From the NCBI RefSeq assembly GCF_016432865.1, contig NC_067401.1, positions 26,474,001 to 26,538,000 on the forward strand: a DNA stretch of 64,000 bases, in the 5' to 3' direction. Made by a program: the position numbers and the translations under genes. This document shows, one piece after another, positions 1 to 10,846 of the stretch. Source of the stretch: Antechinus flavipes. Taxonomy: Eukaryota. Below the pieces are notes generated by a model. The model made no database searches. It was given only the letters and a program-made list of their open reading frames with translations, and was not told the origin of the DNA. Within the stretch, counting starts at the first letter, position 1; the number at the start of each line of letters is the position of its first letter.

Positions 1-1179
1 TGGATAGGTCTTAGCTTGTCAATTTTCCTCTTGAAATCTGTGGCTGTGAAAATTGATCCCAGCACTTTAGATGTGGTATAGCCAACACAGAATGCAACCA
101 GATCCTCCCTCTCTCCAAACCTCCCTTTTTTTTTTAATCTTAGGAGAAGACAATTATAGGGAAGTAAGTGCCCAAGGAAGGGAGTTTTGGTCTTGAAAGG
201 CCCAAGGATGGTGGCCAGTGATGGACATGGCTTTTCCAAAAGCAGTGGTAGTGTTGATCTGATTACTGTGCCCAGAGTATGAGAGGGAAGAGGGAGAAGG
301 GTAATGAATGTCAAGATAGCTGGATGGACAGATGGTCTGGCAAGATAGGACGGGCCAAGTGCTCTTTCACTGGCTCACCATTCAAGATAATTCACCCCCC
401 AAGACAAGCCTTCCAGAGAATTAGAATTGCCCTGTGTGGGCAGGGGAAGCATGATTGGATAAGTCTGCTGTCCATGGTGCTGCTCCAGGGGGGAAGAAGT
501 AGGGCATGGGCGGAGCACGTGGCTGGAAGGGATGAGATGGAGGGGCCCTTACCTGGAGGTCTTCTCATTTTACAGAGCAAGAAAATCAGGAAAGGTAGAG
601 TGTTAAAGCTACGAGTCAGTGGCCCAAAGGAAGCAAGATTCAGAGCTGGGATCATAGAATTTTAGAAGCCAGTTCTTCTGACCTTGGTGGCCACAGTCCT
701 TCATCTTGAGGAAGAACCAAGGTTCCCCTGAGAAGCAAAAGGAAGTGGCTGAGTTGAAATCTGAACCTGGGCCCTCACACTTCATATCCAGGACACTTCC
801 CCCTCTCCAAAGCTGCCTGGAAATTTTATATGAATTTCTGGGTCAAGGATCTGGAGGCTTTAGCAGGCTGCTTAATAGGAGTTAACAGTGTGATATGACA
901 GCAAGGCAACCTCTTATGATTTTAGGCTTTTTTAGGAGAGGGATGGTGCTGAGGATTGAGGAGATGGCAGACACTTTGTTCTCAACCTTGGACAAACCCC
1001 ATCTGGAGCATCAGATTCATTTCTGGTGGTAATAGAGATACTGAAAAGCTCCCATGTCCACAGGAGAAAGCTGGGGGTGGGGCTTAGAAGTGCCCTGTTT
1101 GAGGTACGGTGGAAGACCCCCAGAGGGTGTTTCTACGGGAGAAGAGAAGACTGGGGGAGGGGAGAGAGGAGTGTCTTAG

Positions 1180-1450
1180 CTGATTTTAAATTTTTCAAAG
1201 GCTGTCATTGGAAGAGGGATTAGACCTCTTCTGCTTAGCCCTCGAGGGTAAAACTGAGTCTAATTGGTACAAGCTGCAAGGAGTTAGAATTCTGGCTTGA
1301 AGTCAGGAAAAAAATTCCTAACAATTAGAGTTCTGCATGCTAGAGGAAGTAGTGAGTTCCTCCTCTCTGGAAGTCAGCAAACGGAGGCTGGATGGCTGCT
1401 TGGTTGGATGGCCTCTGTCCTCCCTTTGAATTCTGAGGTCTCTGATTCTC
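1180..1450 (+). mobile_element. L3/CR1 LINE 3' end remnant
   Basis: Resembles the CR1/L3 terminal region (…aggaaaaaaattcctaacaattagag…gaagtagtgagttcctcctctctggaagtc…gaggctggatg…ttctgaggtctctgattct). Confidence 0.6.
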
Positions 1451-2348
1451 TACTGGTGAGACATGCTTTTCATTCTTATAGGATCATATTATCAATTATC
1501 AAGAGCTAGAAGAGACCTTCAAAGCCATCTATAATCCAACTCCCCCTTTTACAGATGGAGAAACTGAGGCCAGAGAGTCTGACCAAGGTCAAACAGGCTC
1601 AATGGTCTTGAGGCCATTTTCACTGGTCCTCTTCAAGAAAGAAAGATGGAAAAATTTTTTTCAAGACAATGAAGGATGAGCAACCAACAAACAAACAAAA
1701 TTCCAATGATTTTACAGATGGAGATACTGAGACCCAGGGAGATTCGACCAAACAGGCAATAAGTATTGATGTAGGATCATCAGTCCCAAGCTGGAAGGGC
1801 CAGCCATAATCCAACATCCTCACTTTACAGATGGGGAAACAAACACCAAAAAGGAGTAGGGAACATAGATACTGGCCCAGTCAGAATCCCTATCCAAATA
1901 CTGTTATTCTAAACCCAGGGTTCTTTTGACTGCTTCCTTCCTGTGCCTTACAGATTGATTTTTTGGAATCTAAATGAAGGCCTTTGGTTTATTGTTTTTT
2001 TAAGCCAACATTTTTACATAATACATAAATAACTCCAATCCAAGGAGGAGAGGAGAGATGCCTCATCATAGGAAAGAGACAAGAATCATCAAAACAAGTT
2101 GGTTGGAGGATGGTTTTGGTTGGCCAAGGCACAAATGTTCAGTTCTCACATAAGCCAATTTTTTAATTCCAAAGAAACATTTCACAAGAACTTGAGAGTC
2201 AGTAGGCCCCTTTTGGCTCTTGAATCTGCTAGTCATTAGTTTTTGACCCTATATAAGTTACCACATCTCTCTGAGTTTCAATAGCCTCAAATAGAAAACG
2301 GGGACAAAAAAATAGGGGGTGAATCATTGCTAAACAATCAACAAGGAC

Positions 2349-2419
2349 TTTTTAAATGGCTTTTTATTTTTCAAAATACATGCAAAGATAGTTTTCAACA
2401 TTCATCCTTGCAAAACCTT
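2349..2419 (-). mobile_element. very short L1 3' end
   Basis: ttttaaatggctttttattttcaaaatacatgcaaagatagttttcaacattcatccttgcaaaacct is the reverse complement of the marsupial L1 3' terminus seen repeatedly in this window. Confidence 0.7.
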
Positions 2420-2974
2420 CAACGAGCATTTTTATAGCATCTACTATGCACAGGATACTGGAAACAGGAGGTCAAACAGCCCTTGCCTTCACAGTGTTTA
2501 TATTCTAACAAGAGAATGGAAAGAAAAAGCTTTTATTATACTCTTGTTGTAAGCTAAATGATGGGAATCCAGATAGAAAAGAGAGTCCTGCTCTCAAAAA
2601 ACTCCCATTCTAATTAGGAGAGAGAAAGCATCGAGGGAGGTCCATCAGCAGGACACATGAAAAGATCCAGTGCTCCTTAGGATACGACAGCAGGGCAATG
2701 GCAAGGTCTAGGAGGTCTTTAGGTTTCCACTGTAGGAAAGGGGAGAACGTTTTGGTGATCCAGGTGTGCGCCATTGGGAATGGACAAACCAGGAGACGAA
2801 TAGGAGTTTTGGTGTCTGGGGCTTGTGTTATACAGCACAAATGAGGCATACAAAATATGGGGCCTTCCAAAAGTTCTGTTGAAATGGGAATTATTGTTGT
2901 TGTTACATTTAGGGACAGTGTGATGCCCTGTGAGTAAGCCCTAATTTGCTGAGTTTGAGTTCAAAACTCTGACC

Positions 2975-3166
2975 CAGGGGTCCTCAAACTACGGCCTGCC
3001 AGCCAGATGCGGCAGCTGAGGAAGTTTATCCCCCTCACCCAGGACTATGAAGTTTCTTTATTTTAAAGACCCACAAAATGAAGTTTTTGTTATTACTATA
3101 GTCCGGTCCTCCAACATCTGAGAGACAGTGAACTGGCCCCCTATTTAAAAAGTTTGAGATCCCCTG
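2975..3166. mobile_element. non-autonomous hAT/Charlie DNA transposon (MITE), OC1/OposCharlie1-type
   Basis: 192 bp with 16-bp terminal inverted repeats: caggggtcctcaaact (2975-2990) and agtttgagatcccctg (3151-3166; reverse complement caggggatctcaaact, 14/16 match). Imperfect 8-bp flanking duplication: ctctgacc (2967-2974) and ttctgacc (3168-3175). No coding capacity. Confidence 0.8.
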
Positions 3167-3244
3167 CTTCTGACCAGTCATGTGGAAGGCAGACTTGTGA
3201 CACAAAGGAAATGAAACTAAGATGTGTCATTGGTTACAGGAAGG

Positions 3245-3286
3245 GTGTGTGTGTGTGTGTGTGTGACAGAGAGAGAGAGAGAGAGA
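3245..3286. repeat. compound (GT)n(GA)n microsatellite
   Basis: Read directly from the sequence. Confidence 0.95.
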
Positions 3287-3427
3287 CAAAGACATCTAGG
3301 GGAGGGGGTGGAGGGAGGGAGGGGAAAAATTGGAACAGAAGTGAATGCAAGGGATAATGCTGTAAAAAAAATTACCCTGGCATGGGTTCTATCAATAAAA
3401 AGTTATTTAAAAAATTAAAAAAAAAAA
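3287..3427 (+). mobile_element. 5'-truncated young L1 3' end with A-rich tail
   Basis: G-rich 3'UTR (ggggagggggtggagggagggagggg), then …ttaccctggcatgggttctatcaataaaaag and an A-tail. Closely similar to the inverted copy at 10646-10846. Confidence 0.85.
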
Positions 3428-3935
3428 GAGAGAGAGAGACAAAGACAGAGACACCAAGAGGTCCACAGAAACAGCACGCCATCTGTACTACTGAAGGTCC
3501 AGTATAGTGGGAAAGGGGTGGGGAAGTTCTCAGGTCAGCACAGCATAATGAAGAGCTGGGAGACCTCTGTTTAATCTTGTCCCTTCCCCTTATTTGTTGC
3601 AGGGACTTTACCAAGTCATTCTCTGAACCCTAGTTTCTTCTTCCCCAAAATGAAAGTGACGACCCTTTCCATCCCTGGATGCTGCCTTCCCTCTCTCCCA
3701 TCCTCCCTCCCAGGGCTGTTGTGTGCCTCCAAGGAGACAATGCCTTTAGAGTGCTCGGTAACCAGGAAGCCCCTTTTCAGTGTGAGCTCCTCATCTGACA
3801 ATTGTATGATCATCCTGACAGTGAGTCACCAGCCTTCTCTTTGTGGATGAAGCCGGGACGGTCTGAGAATACTGCAGACAGATATGCAGAGAACTGGTGA
3901 GAGCAGGGCTCTCTTACAGGCACCAGTTAGGGCTT

Positions 3936-4160
3936 NNNNNNNNNNNNNNNNNNNNNNNNNNNNNNNNNNNNNNNNNNNNNNNNNNNNNNNNNNNNNNNNN
4001 NNNNNNNNNNNNNNNNNNNNNNNNNNNNNNNNNNNNNNNNNNNNNNNNNNNNNNNNNNNNNNNNNNNNNNNNNNNNNNNNNNNNNNNNNNNNNNNNNNNN
4101 NNNNNNNNNNNNNNNNNNNNNNNNNNNNNNNNNNNNNNNNNNNNNNNNNNNNNNNNNNNN
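3936..4160. other. assembly gap (225 N)
   Basis: Run of N. Confidence 1.
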
Positions 4161-4385
4161 GGCGGGGAGAAAGGGAGGGAGAGAGATGGGAAGAGGGGAG
4201 GAAGAGGGAGTCAGAGAAATTGGGAGGCAGAAAAAGCCAAGAGATGGGGGTGAGGAGGGAGACAGAAACAGAAAGTCAGAGAGAGAAGAGATATGGAGAC
4301 AGAGAGGAAAGAGAAGAGTCAAACAGAAACCGACATGGCAGGGAGAGAGAAGATAGGAGAGAGGGAAGAGAAAAGAGAGGAGAGT
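4161..4385. repeat. GA-rich low-complexity purine tract next to the gap
   Basis: Almost purely A/G on the + strand. Confidence 0.9.
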
Positions 4386-5124
4386 GAGCTCTCTGCCTCC
4401 ACCCCAGTTCCTTCCTTCTGAGATGAGCTCCCATTTGTACTAGATAGCCCTGTACATGCATGGCTGTCTGCCTGTCGTTTCCCCCATTCGAATGTCAGCT
4501 TGGACTCTGTTTTTGTCTTTGTGGCTCTAACACTTAGCACACTGGCTGGCACATAGGATGAATTCAATAAGTGCTTGTTGGATGATTGACCTTAATCTCT
4601 CTGTGTTTCTATTTTCTTCATTTGTAAAATGGGATTGAACTCAGTGGCTTCTAAGTCTCTTTGGATCCTAGGTCTAGATTCTGTGACTCTTCCTGCCTCC
4701 CTGGACATCAGTTTCCCCATCTGTAAAATGAGAGGAACAACTAGATGATCTCTAAGGTTTTCCAGTTCTATAATCCTGCTTCTAAGAAGATTTTGGTAGC
4801 TGGTGAAGATTAGATTGAAGATGAAGAGAGAAGATAGGGGATTATTACAGCAATAACAGGAGAAGTTAAAGCCTTAAAATATGAAAAATGGTTATAAATT
4901 CAGGAGATTATATAAAATTAAGATAATCAGAAATACACTCTATAAGAATACTACCCTGGGACAAACCTGATAGCTCCTACCCCTCCTGAGTCAGCCCAGC
5001 TGACCAAAGCCTGCCATCTTTATTCCTTAAATCCATTGGCCCCTGTGTTCCCACAAGAGAGACCACCTCTCATTTCCCCAACACAAGTACTCTCTGGTCT
5101 TTCTCCCCACTCTCTCCCTCCTCT

Positions 5125-5216
5125 CCAATTGGGGATGAGCCCAATCAGGAAATTCATTGGTCTCTTCTTCATTCCCAGGCTTATGCTCAGCCAATCAGAG
5201 AGCCTCCTAGTTAACA
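5125..5216. promoter_or_regulatory. candidate CCAAT-box (NF-Y) cluster
   Basis: CCAAT at 5125, 5141 and 5191 (+) and at 5128 and 5156 (-). Two sit in an NF-Y-like context (gcccaatcag, agccaatcag). Confidence 0.3.
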
Positions 5217-6469
5217 ATAGGCTTCTGGGTCACCATCTACACATTCCTATGAATCATGGGTGAAATACAGACTATTTTCTCTTTGTCCAAGGTATAGTAG
5301 AGGAAGAATGGAGAGCTTCCTCACTGTGCTATTGACTGACTGACATTTTTAGAGATCTTTAAGATGTACAAAGCCTTTTACTTATTTGAGCTTCACAACA
5401 ACACAATGGATTTAGTATTGCAGGCATTTCACACCTCCATTATACAGATGAGCAAACAGGCATAAAAGGAATTTTGTCCATACTCCCAATTCATGTGGGT
5501 GGCGGGATTTGAACCCACAATCCTGCTGCTTCCAAATTCAACACCTTTCCATCATAGTTCCTTGCTTTTCCTACCTCTCAGAAAAACAATAATTCAATCC
5601 AGTGGCCGTTTCTCCCCCAAGATTCCTAAGAAGTCACTATTTTCCTCATACTGGTTTGCTGAGAAATAGAATCAAGTTGAACTGAATTCAGTGAACTTTT
5701 ATTATGAGGAGATGGCCAGCCCCAAATGCAGAAAAGACTTGGATTTAGGCCCCACTTCGGTGCGACTTGGAGTAAATCACTTAACTTTTCAATACCCTCC
5801 CAACCCCATAAGATCATAAATTGCTGAGGTGATGTCATCTGCCCAGGTCGAGGGATTTCCTCACAGGAACTCCCTACCTGCATATAATTACGGGTCCAGT
5901 CAAAACAAGGAGAACAGAACAAAGCAGCATTAGCTAATAAGCATCAACCACAGTTGAGGCTTCTGGGCTGAGCGTTGAAGGGAGTTAGGGATTCCAGTGG
6001 ATGAAGAAGAGGGGCCACCTATGCCTTGTATCCCTTGACTAGTTCTGACTACATGGCAAATTGGGCCACAACTGTGCAGCTCACACCCCAGGCTCCTAGT
6101 TCTGGAAGAGTTAGAACATCCTCTCGGAGGATGTACGGACTGTGACCCAGCTGGACTTTGGTTGGGGGAGACCCCAAAGGCCCTGAGCATGACCAAGATT
6201 TTCTCCCATTCCTTCTCTTGCTTCCTAGTGGGCATCAAGGTATTCCACAGAGCCCCTTCCTGGGAGGTCAAGACCCTGGACCAAATTTCCAAGGAGCTAG
6301 CCTACAATTGGTATTTCTTACTCCAAAGGAGGGCAACCTTTTACCTCTGGGAAAGGGCCATCAGCCACCTTCTCTCCTGACAGGATGACTTCAGCTTCAG
6401 GAACAGCTCCATTCAAATCAGAAATGTAGATGAGAATACCCCGGGGATTTCGTAATCATGGAAAGTGTA

Positions 6470-6473
<4 letters not shown>

Positions 6474-6514
<41 letters not shown>
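6474..6514. repeat. (CA)n microsatellite
   Basis: Read directly from the sequence. Confidence 0.95.
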
Positions 6515-6516
<2 letters not shown>

Positions 6517-7344
6517 CAACCCAAGGCTTGAGAGTGGAAGTTTTAATCTCTGCTGACACTGATATACTCTACCTTTTTTTCCTTCTGGTCCATCGGCAAG
6601 GCTGGTGGCTCACAGCTGGTGGAAAAGTCCCATAAAAACATCCGCTTGGGCATCTTGGTGGAGGGAGCCATCAGAGACATCCTCTTCTCCCAGTCCCCAC
6701 GTCACAGCCACCTTTCCGGTGCCCCCTGCGGTCAGAGGTCCACCCCACTGCTCCCAGAAAGCCAGAGCCTCCGGTGCCCAGTGCCTGGCAACGTGGGGGA
6801 TGGCATCCCTGCCAATCACCACTTTGCCTCGGCTTGGAGGAGGCAGGCAGAGGAGCCCTGTGATTTAGAGTGATGAAATGTAAAATGCCGAGTTCCTGCA
6901 GCCCCAGCCCGACCCGCTCCCATCAGCATCTCATTCCTGTTACCCGGGGCCCTTCCAGGTCTCATTTAGTGGATTCTGGCAGCTGAGTACCTCCTCAGCG
7001 ACTGCAATGACTTGGTTCTTACATCTATCACACCTGCACTGTGACAATGTAATTTTTATCTCTGGTTGTTTATTTCTCAGATGGAACTACTTGTAAATTC
7101 CGAGAAGAAAATATATCCCTGCATGTGACAGAGGCAACACAAGGCGATTAATCTGGGCCCTTACGCCTGGAATGCAAAGCTGGGAAGTGGCACTTTTTGA
7201 ATTGGGACCGAAAGTCATCAGGCTGGGCCAGCAATTGCTCCCCCGGGGGCTTGTGCAGGGCTTGGAGACATTCGAGTTCGGGCCGTCTGGGGGGGGGGTA
7301 GGGGGGTGGCAAAGACACAGGCTCTGGGCTGGGCTCCATCTGCC

Positions 7345-7932
7345 AGGAGGCTCAGAGGGTAGGAGATGGGCTACTTAGGAGAACAGCACGGTGGTCTGGA
7401 TCCCTTTGTCAACTTTAGGGAATTGGTCCCTTCCCATGCAGTGCCATTCAGTATTCGGCTTGTTTGTTCACATACTGGATCTCCCAGGAGGCTCAGAGGA
7501 TAGAAGATGGGCTACTTAGGAGAACAACATGATGTATCTGGCTCTCAGTTTCCCCCTTTTGTCAACTTTAGGGAATTGGTCCCTTCCCATGCAATACCAT
7601 TGTTGTTTATACACTGAATCTATCAGGAGGCTCAGAGGGTAGGAGATGGGCTACTTAGGAGAACAATATGATGTATCTGGGTTTCAGTTTCCCCCTTTTG
7701 TCAACTTTAGGGAATTAGTCCCTTCTAATACAATGCTATTCAGTACTCAGCTTGTTTGTTAGTTTATACACTGGATTTACCAGGAAGCTCAGAGGGTAGA
7801 AGATAGGGTACTTAGGAGAACAGCATGATGGATCTGGGTCTCAGTTTCCTCCTTTTGTCAACTTTAGGGACTTGGTCCCTTCTCATGCAATGCTATTCAG
7901 TACTCAGCTTGTTTGTTTATATGCTGTATCTA
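7345..7932. repeat. degenerate tandem repeat, 4 copies of ~140-157 bp
   Basis: Units start at 7345, 7486, 7625 and 7782 with agga(g/a)gctcagagg…tacttaggagaaca…ttgtcaactttaggga…gtcccttc. Confidence 0.95.
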
Positions 7933-8229
7933 TGATTTTGTTGGAGTGGGGAATTTCAATAGAGTGAGTTTCTTGTGGAGCAGATCTGTCTTAATTCTGC
8001 AGCTTCCCGGAGCCAATGACTTGATCAGAATCACAGTCAGGGTGTGAAGAGACAGTTTGAATGCAGGTCCTTCTGACTCCCAAGTCCAGCTCTCTATCCC
8101 ACCATAGCACCCTGCCTGCCTCTGACTCAGCAACATTCAAACATCAAGCCTGAGAATACCTCAAGTGAAGCTTCCCTTCAGCCCAAAGAGCTCCTAAGCT
8201 GGCCGACACAGACAAATAAATACAAAATA

Positions 8230-8600
8230 AAGACGTGGTGCTTTCGGAATGGGGAGGGAGGCACTAACAGCTGGGAAAATCAGGAAAGGTTTTTGGGGGA
8301 ATTCAAGAAATGAAGGGAGTTCAGTGTTTCAAGAAATATAAGCGAAAGAAAACATTCCAAGCATGAGGAACAGCCTGTGCAAAAGTATGGAGGTGGGAGA
8401 TGGGTTATCTTGTACAGGGAAGAGCAAATAGGACAGTTTGGTTGAAATATGGAATATATGAAGGACTGTATTATGCAAACAGTCAAATAAACAAGCATTT
8501 ATTAAGTGCAAACATTCTGGATATACAGAGAAAAGCAAAAAAAAAAACAGTTTCTAATCTCAAGGAGTTTACAATCTTATGTGGGAGGCAACAGCCTAAC
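8230..8600 (-). mobile_element. L2 LINE fragment
   Basis: L2-like antisense text (aagcatttattaagtgc…ctcaaggagtttacaatct; aggaacagcctgtgcaaaag). Confidence 0.6.
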
Positions 8601-8619
8601 ATTTATGTAGGGGATGAAG

Positions 8620-8770
8620 TAGTTTGAGATTGGATCTGGAGTCAGGAAGACCTGAGTTCAAAATCTGGCCCCAGATAATTACTAGCTGTGTGACCCTGAC
8701 CAAGTCATTTGTCCTCTGTCTCAGTTTCCTGTACTATAAAATGGAGATAATGATAGCACCCATTTTCCAG
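8620..8770 (+). mobile_element. MIR-type CORE-SINE
   Basis: ggagtcaggaagacctgagttcaaa…ctagctgtgtgaccctg…ctcagtttcct…aaaatggagataatgatagcac. Confidence 0.75.
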
Positions 8771-8907
8771 AGTTAAAGGATAGTTTGTGAAGGTCTTTAA
8801 ATATCAAACTGACAAGTTTTATCCTAGAGGTAGTAGAGAACCATCAAAATTTCTTCAGCTGAGGAGTGACATAGTCAGATCTATGCTTGAGAAATAATTC
8901 TTTGACA

Positions 8908-9252
8908 TGTGAAAAAATACAGTTTTTTGTGGTAGCAAAGAATTAGAAAATGAGTGGATGCCCATCAATTGGGGAATGACTAAATAGGTCATGGTATATG
9001 AAAGTAATGGAATATTATTGTTTTATAATAAAATGATGAGCAGGATGACTTCAGAAAAGCCTGGAAAGATTTACACGAATTGATGCTGAGTGAAGCAAGC
9101 AGCATCAGGAGAACATTGAACACAGCAGCAACAAGATTATGTGATGGTCTACCTTGATAGACTTGGCTTTTCTCAGCGATTCAGTGATCCAAGGCAATTC
9201 TGATAACCTTTGAATGGAAAATGCCAACCGCATCCCCAAAAAACAAAACATC
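8908..9252 (+). mobile_element. internal L1 fragment (ORF2 end and start of 3'UTR, no tail) inside L2
   Basis: Matches the L1 ORF2 C-terminal text also seen at 23760-23990. Flanked by ataattctttgaca (8894-8907) and ataattctctgaca (9253-9266). Confidence 0.75.
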
Positions 9253-9709
9253 ATAATTCTCTGACAGCTTTACAGAAAAGGGATCAGTACTAGGAGGCAC
9301 TGGATGCAGGGAGACCAATTAAGAAGCTTTTGATATATAAAGCTAAAAAGTACCTGAACTAGGGCGATGGCTGTGTGAGTGGAGAGAAAGGAGTCGTCTG
9401 TAAGAGATGTTTCTTTAATGTTTTTTTTTCCATTTTCAAGTAAAAAAAAATTTAATGTTCTTTAAAAAATGTTTGAGTTCCAAATTCTCTTACTCCTCCC
9501 CAGACACTAAACAATTTGATGTAGGTTACACGTGTATAATCAAGCAACATATTTCCATATTAGAAATTTTGTAAAAGAAAATACAAACCAATGTAAAACA
9601 TACATACATGCACATGTACACACACACACCCATGCACACATGCAAGCACATGCATAAAGCAAAAAATATGCTTTAATCTGCAATCAGACACACATCAGTT
9701 TTTTGTTGT

Positions 9710-9826
9710 TTTTTTTTTTTTTTGGGGGGGGGGAAGCAATTGGAGTTAAGTAAGTTGTCCAGAGTCACACAGTAAATGTCAAGCATCCGAGGTCACATTT
9801 GAACTCAGGTCCTTCTGAGCTGCCCC
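9710..9826 (-). mobile_element. WSINE1-type SINE inside the L1 3'UTR
   Basis: Poly-T, then gcaattggagttaagtaagttgtccagagtcacacag…tttgaactcaggtcc…gctgcccc. Confidence 0.75.
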
Positions 9827-10645
9827 CACCACCAATTTATTTCTCTGGAATTAGATAGCATTTTTCATCACGAGTCCTTTGGAATTGTCTTGAGTCACTG
9901 TACTGCTGAAAATAGCTAAGTCATTCACATTTGATCATTGTCACGATGTTGCTGTTACCATGTATAATGTTGCCCTGGTTCTGCTCACTTCACTTTAGAT
10001 CAGTTCATACATGTCTTTTCAGGTTCTTCTGAAAGCATCCTGCTTGACATTTCTTGTGGTACAATAGTATTCCATTACAATCATATACCACAACTGGTTC
10101 AGCTACTCCCCCAATTGATGAGCATCTCCCCCCCAAAATTTTCCAATTCTTTGCCACCACCAAAAGATCTGCTGCACATATTTTTGTACAATTTTAAAAA
10201 ATATTTTTGAAATGGAGAATTAGTAGTGGTATTACTGGGGCTAGGGGTATGCAGTTTCATAGCCCTTTGGGCATAGTTCCAAATTGCTTTGCAAAATGGT
10301 GTCAATTTTCCCATATCCCCTCCAACATTTGCCATTTTTCTTTTCTCTCATATTCTATAATCTGATAAGTGTGAAGTATTTAATTTACATTTCTCTACTC
10401 GATAGTGATTTAAGGCATTTTTTCATATGACTATAAATAGCTTTGATTTCTTCATCTAAAAACTACCAAGTTCATGTCTTTTGACCATTTATCAATTGAG
10501 AAATGGTTTGTATTTTTGGTAAATTTGACTCAGTTCTCCATTATCTAAGAAATGAGACCTTTATCAGAAACATTTACTGTTAAAAATCCAAATGTTTCCC
10601 AGTTTTCTGCTTTTCTTCTAATCTTGACTGCATTGATTTTTTTCT

Positions 10646-10846
10646 TTTTCTTTTTTTTTAAATTTTTATTTAATAATACTTTATATTGACAGAATCCATG
10701 CCAGGGTAATTTTTTTTACAACATTATCTCTTGCACTCATTTCTGTTCCGATTTTTTCCCTCCCTCGCTCCACCCCCTCCCCTAGATGGCAAGCAGTCCT
10801 ATATATGTTGGATATGTTGCAGTATATCCTAGATACAATATATGTT
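10646..10846 (-). mobile_element. young 5'-truncated L1 nested in the older L1
   Basis: Perfect 18-bp TSD ctgcattgatttttttct at 10628-10645 and 10847-10864. T-rich tail on the left. Confidence 0.9.

Noticed and set aside
3884-4387. Long ORFs spanning the first gap (also 40923-41449 and 49259-49577)
   Set aside because: Their length comes from N runs read as X plus GA-rich low complexity, so they are not evidence of coding.
6384-6451. Possible + strand micro-exon (…ctcctgacag|GATGAC…ATTTC|gtaatc) reading DDFSFRNSSIQIRNVDENTPGI
   Set aside because: Weak donor, no partner exons found and no recognisable protein.
6605-6873. Overlapping 70-87 aa ORFs on both strands
   Set aside because: No similarity to any family I recognise, and typical of chance ORFs in GC-rich DNA.
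7345-7932. Repeat array read as CRISPR-like (also 43114-43680)
   Set aside because: Eukaryotic context. The whole units are homologous with no unique spacers, and there are no cas genes.
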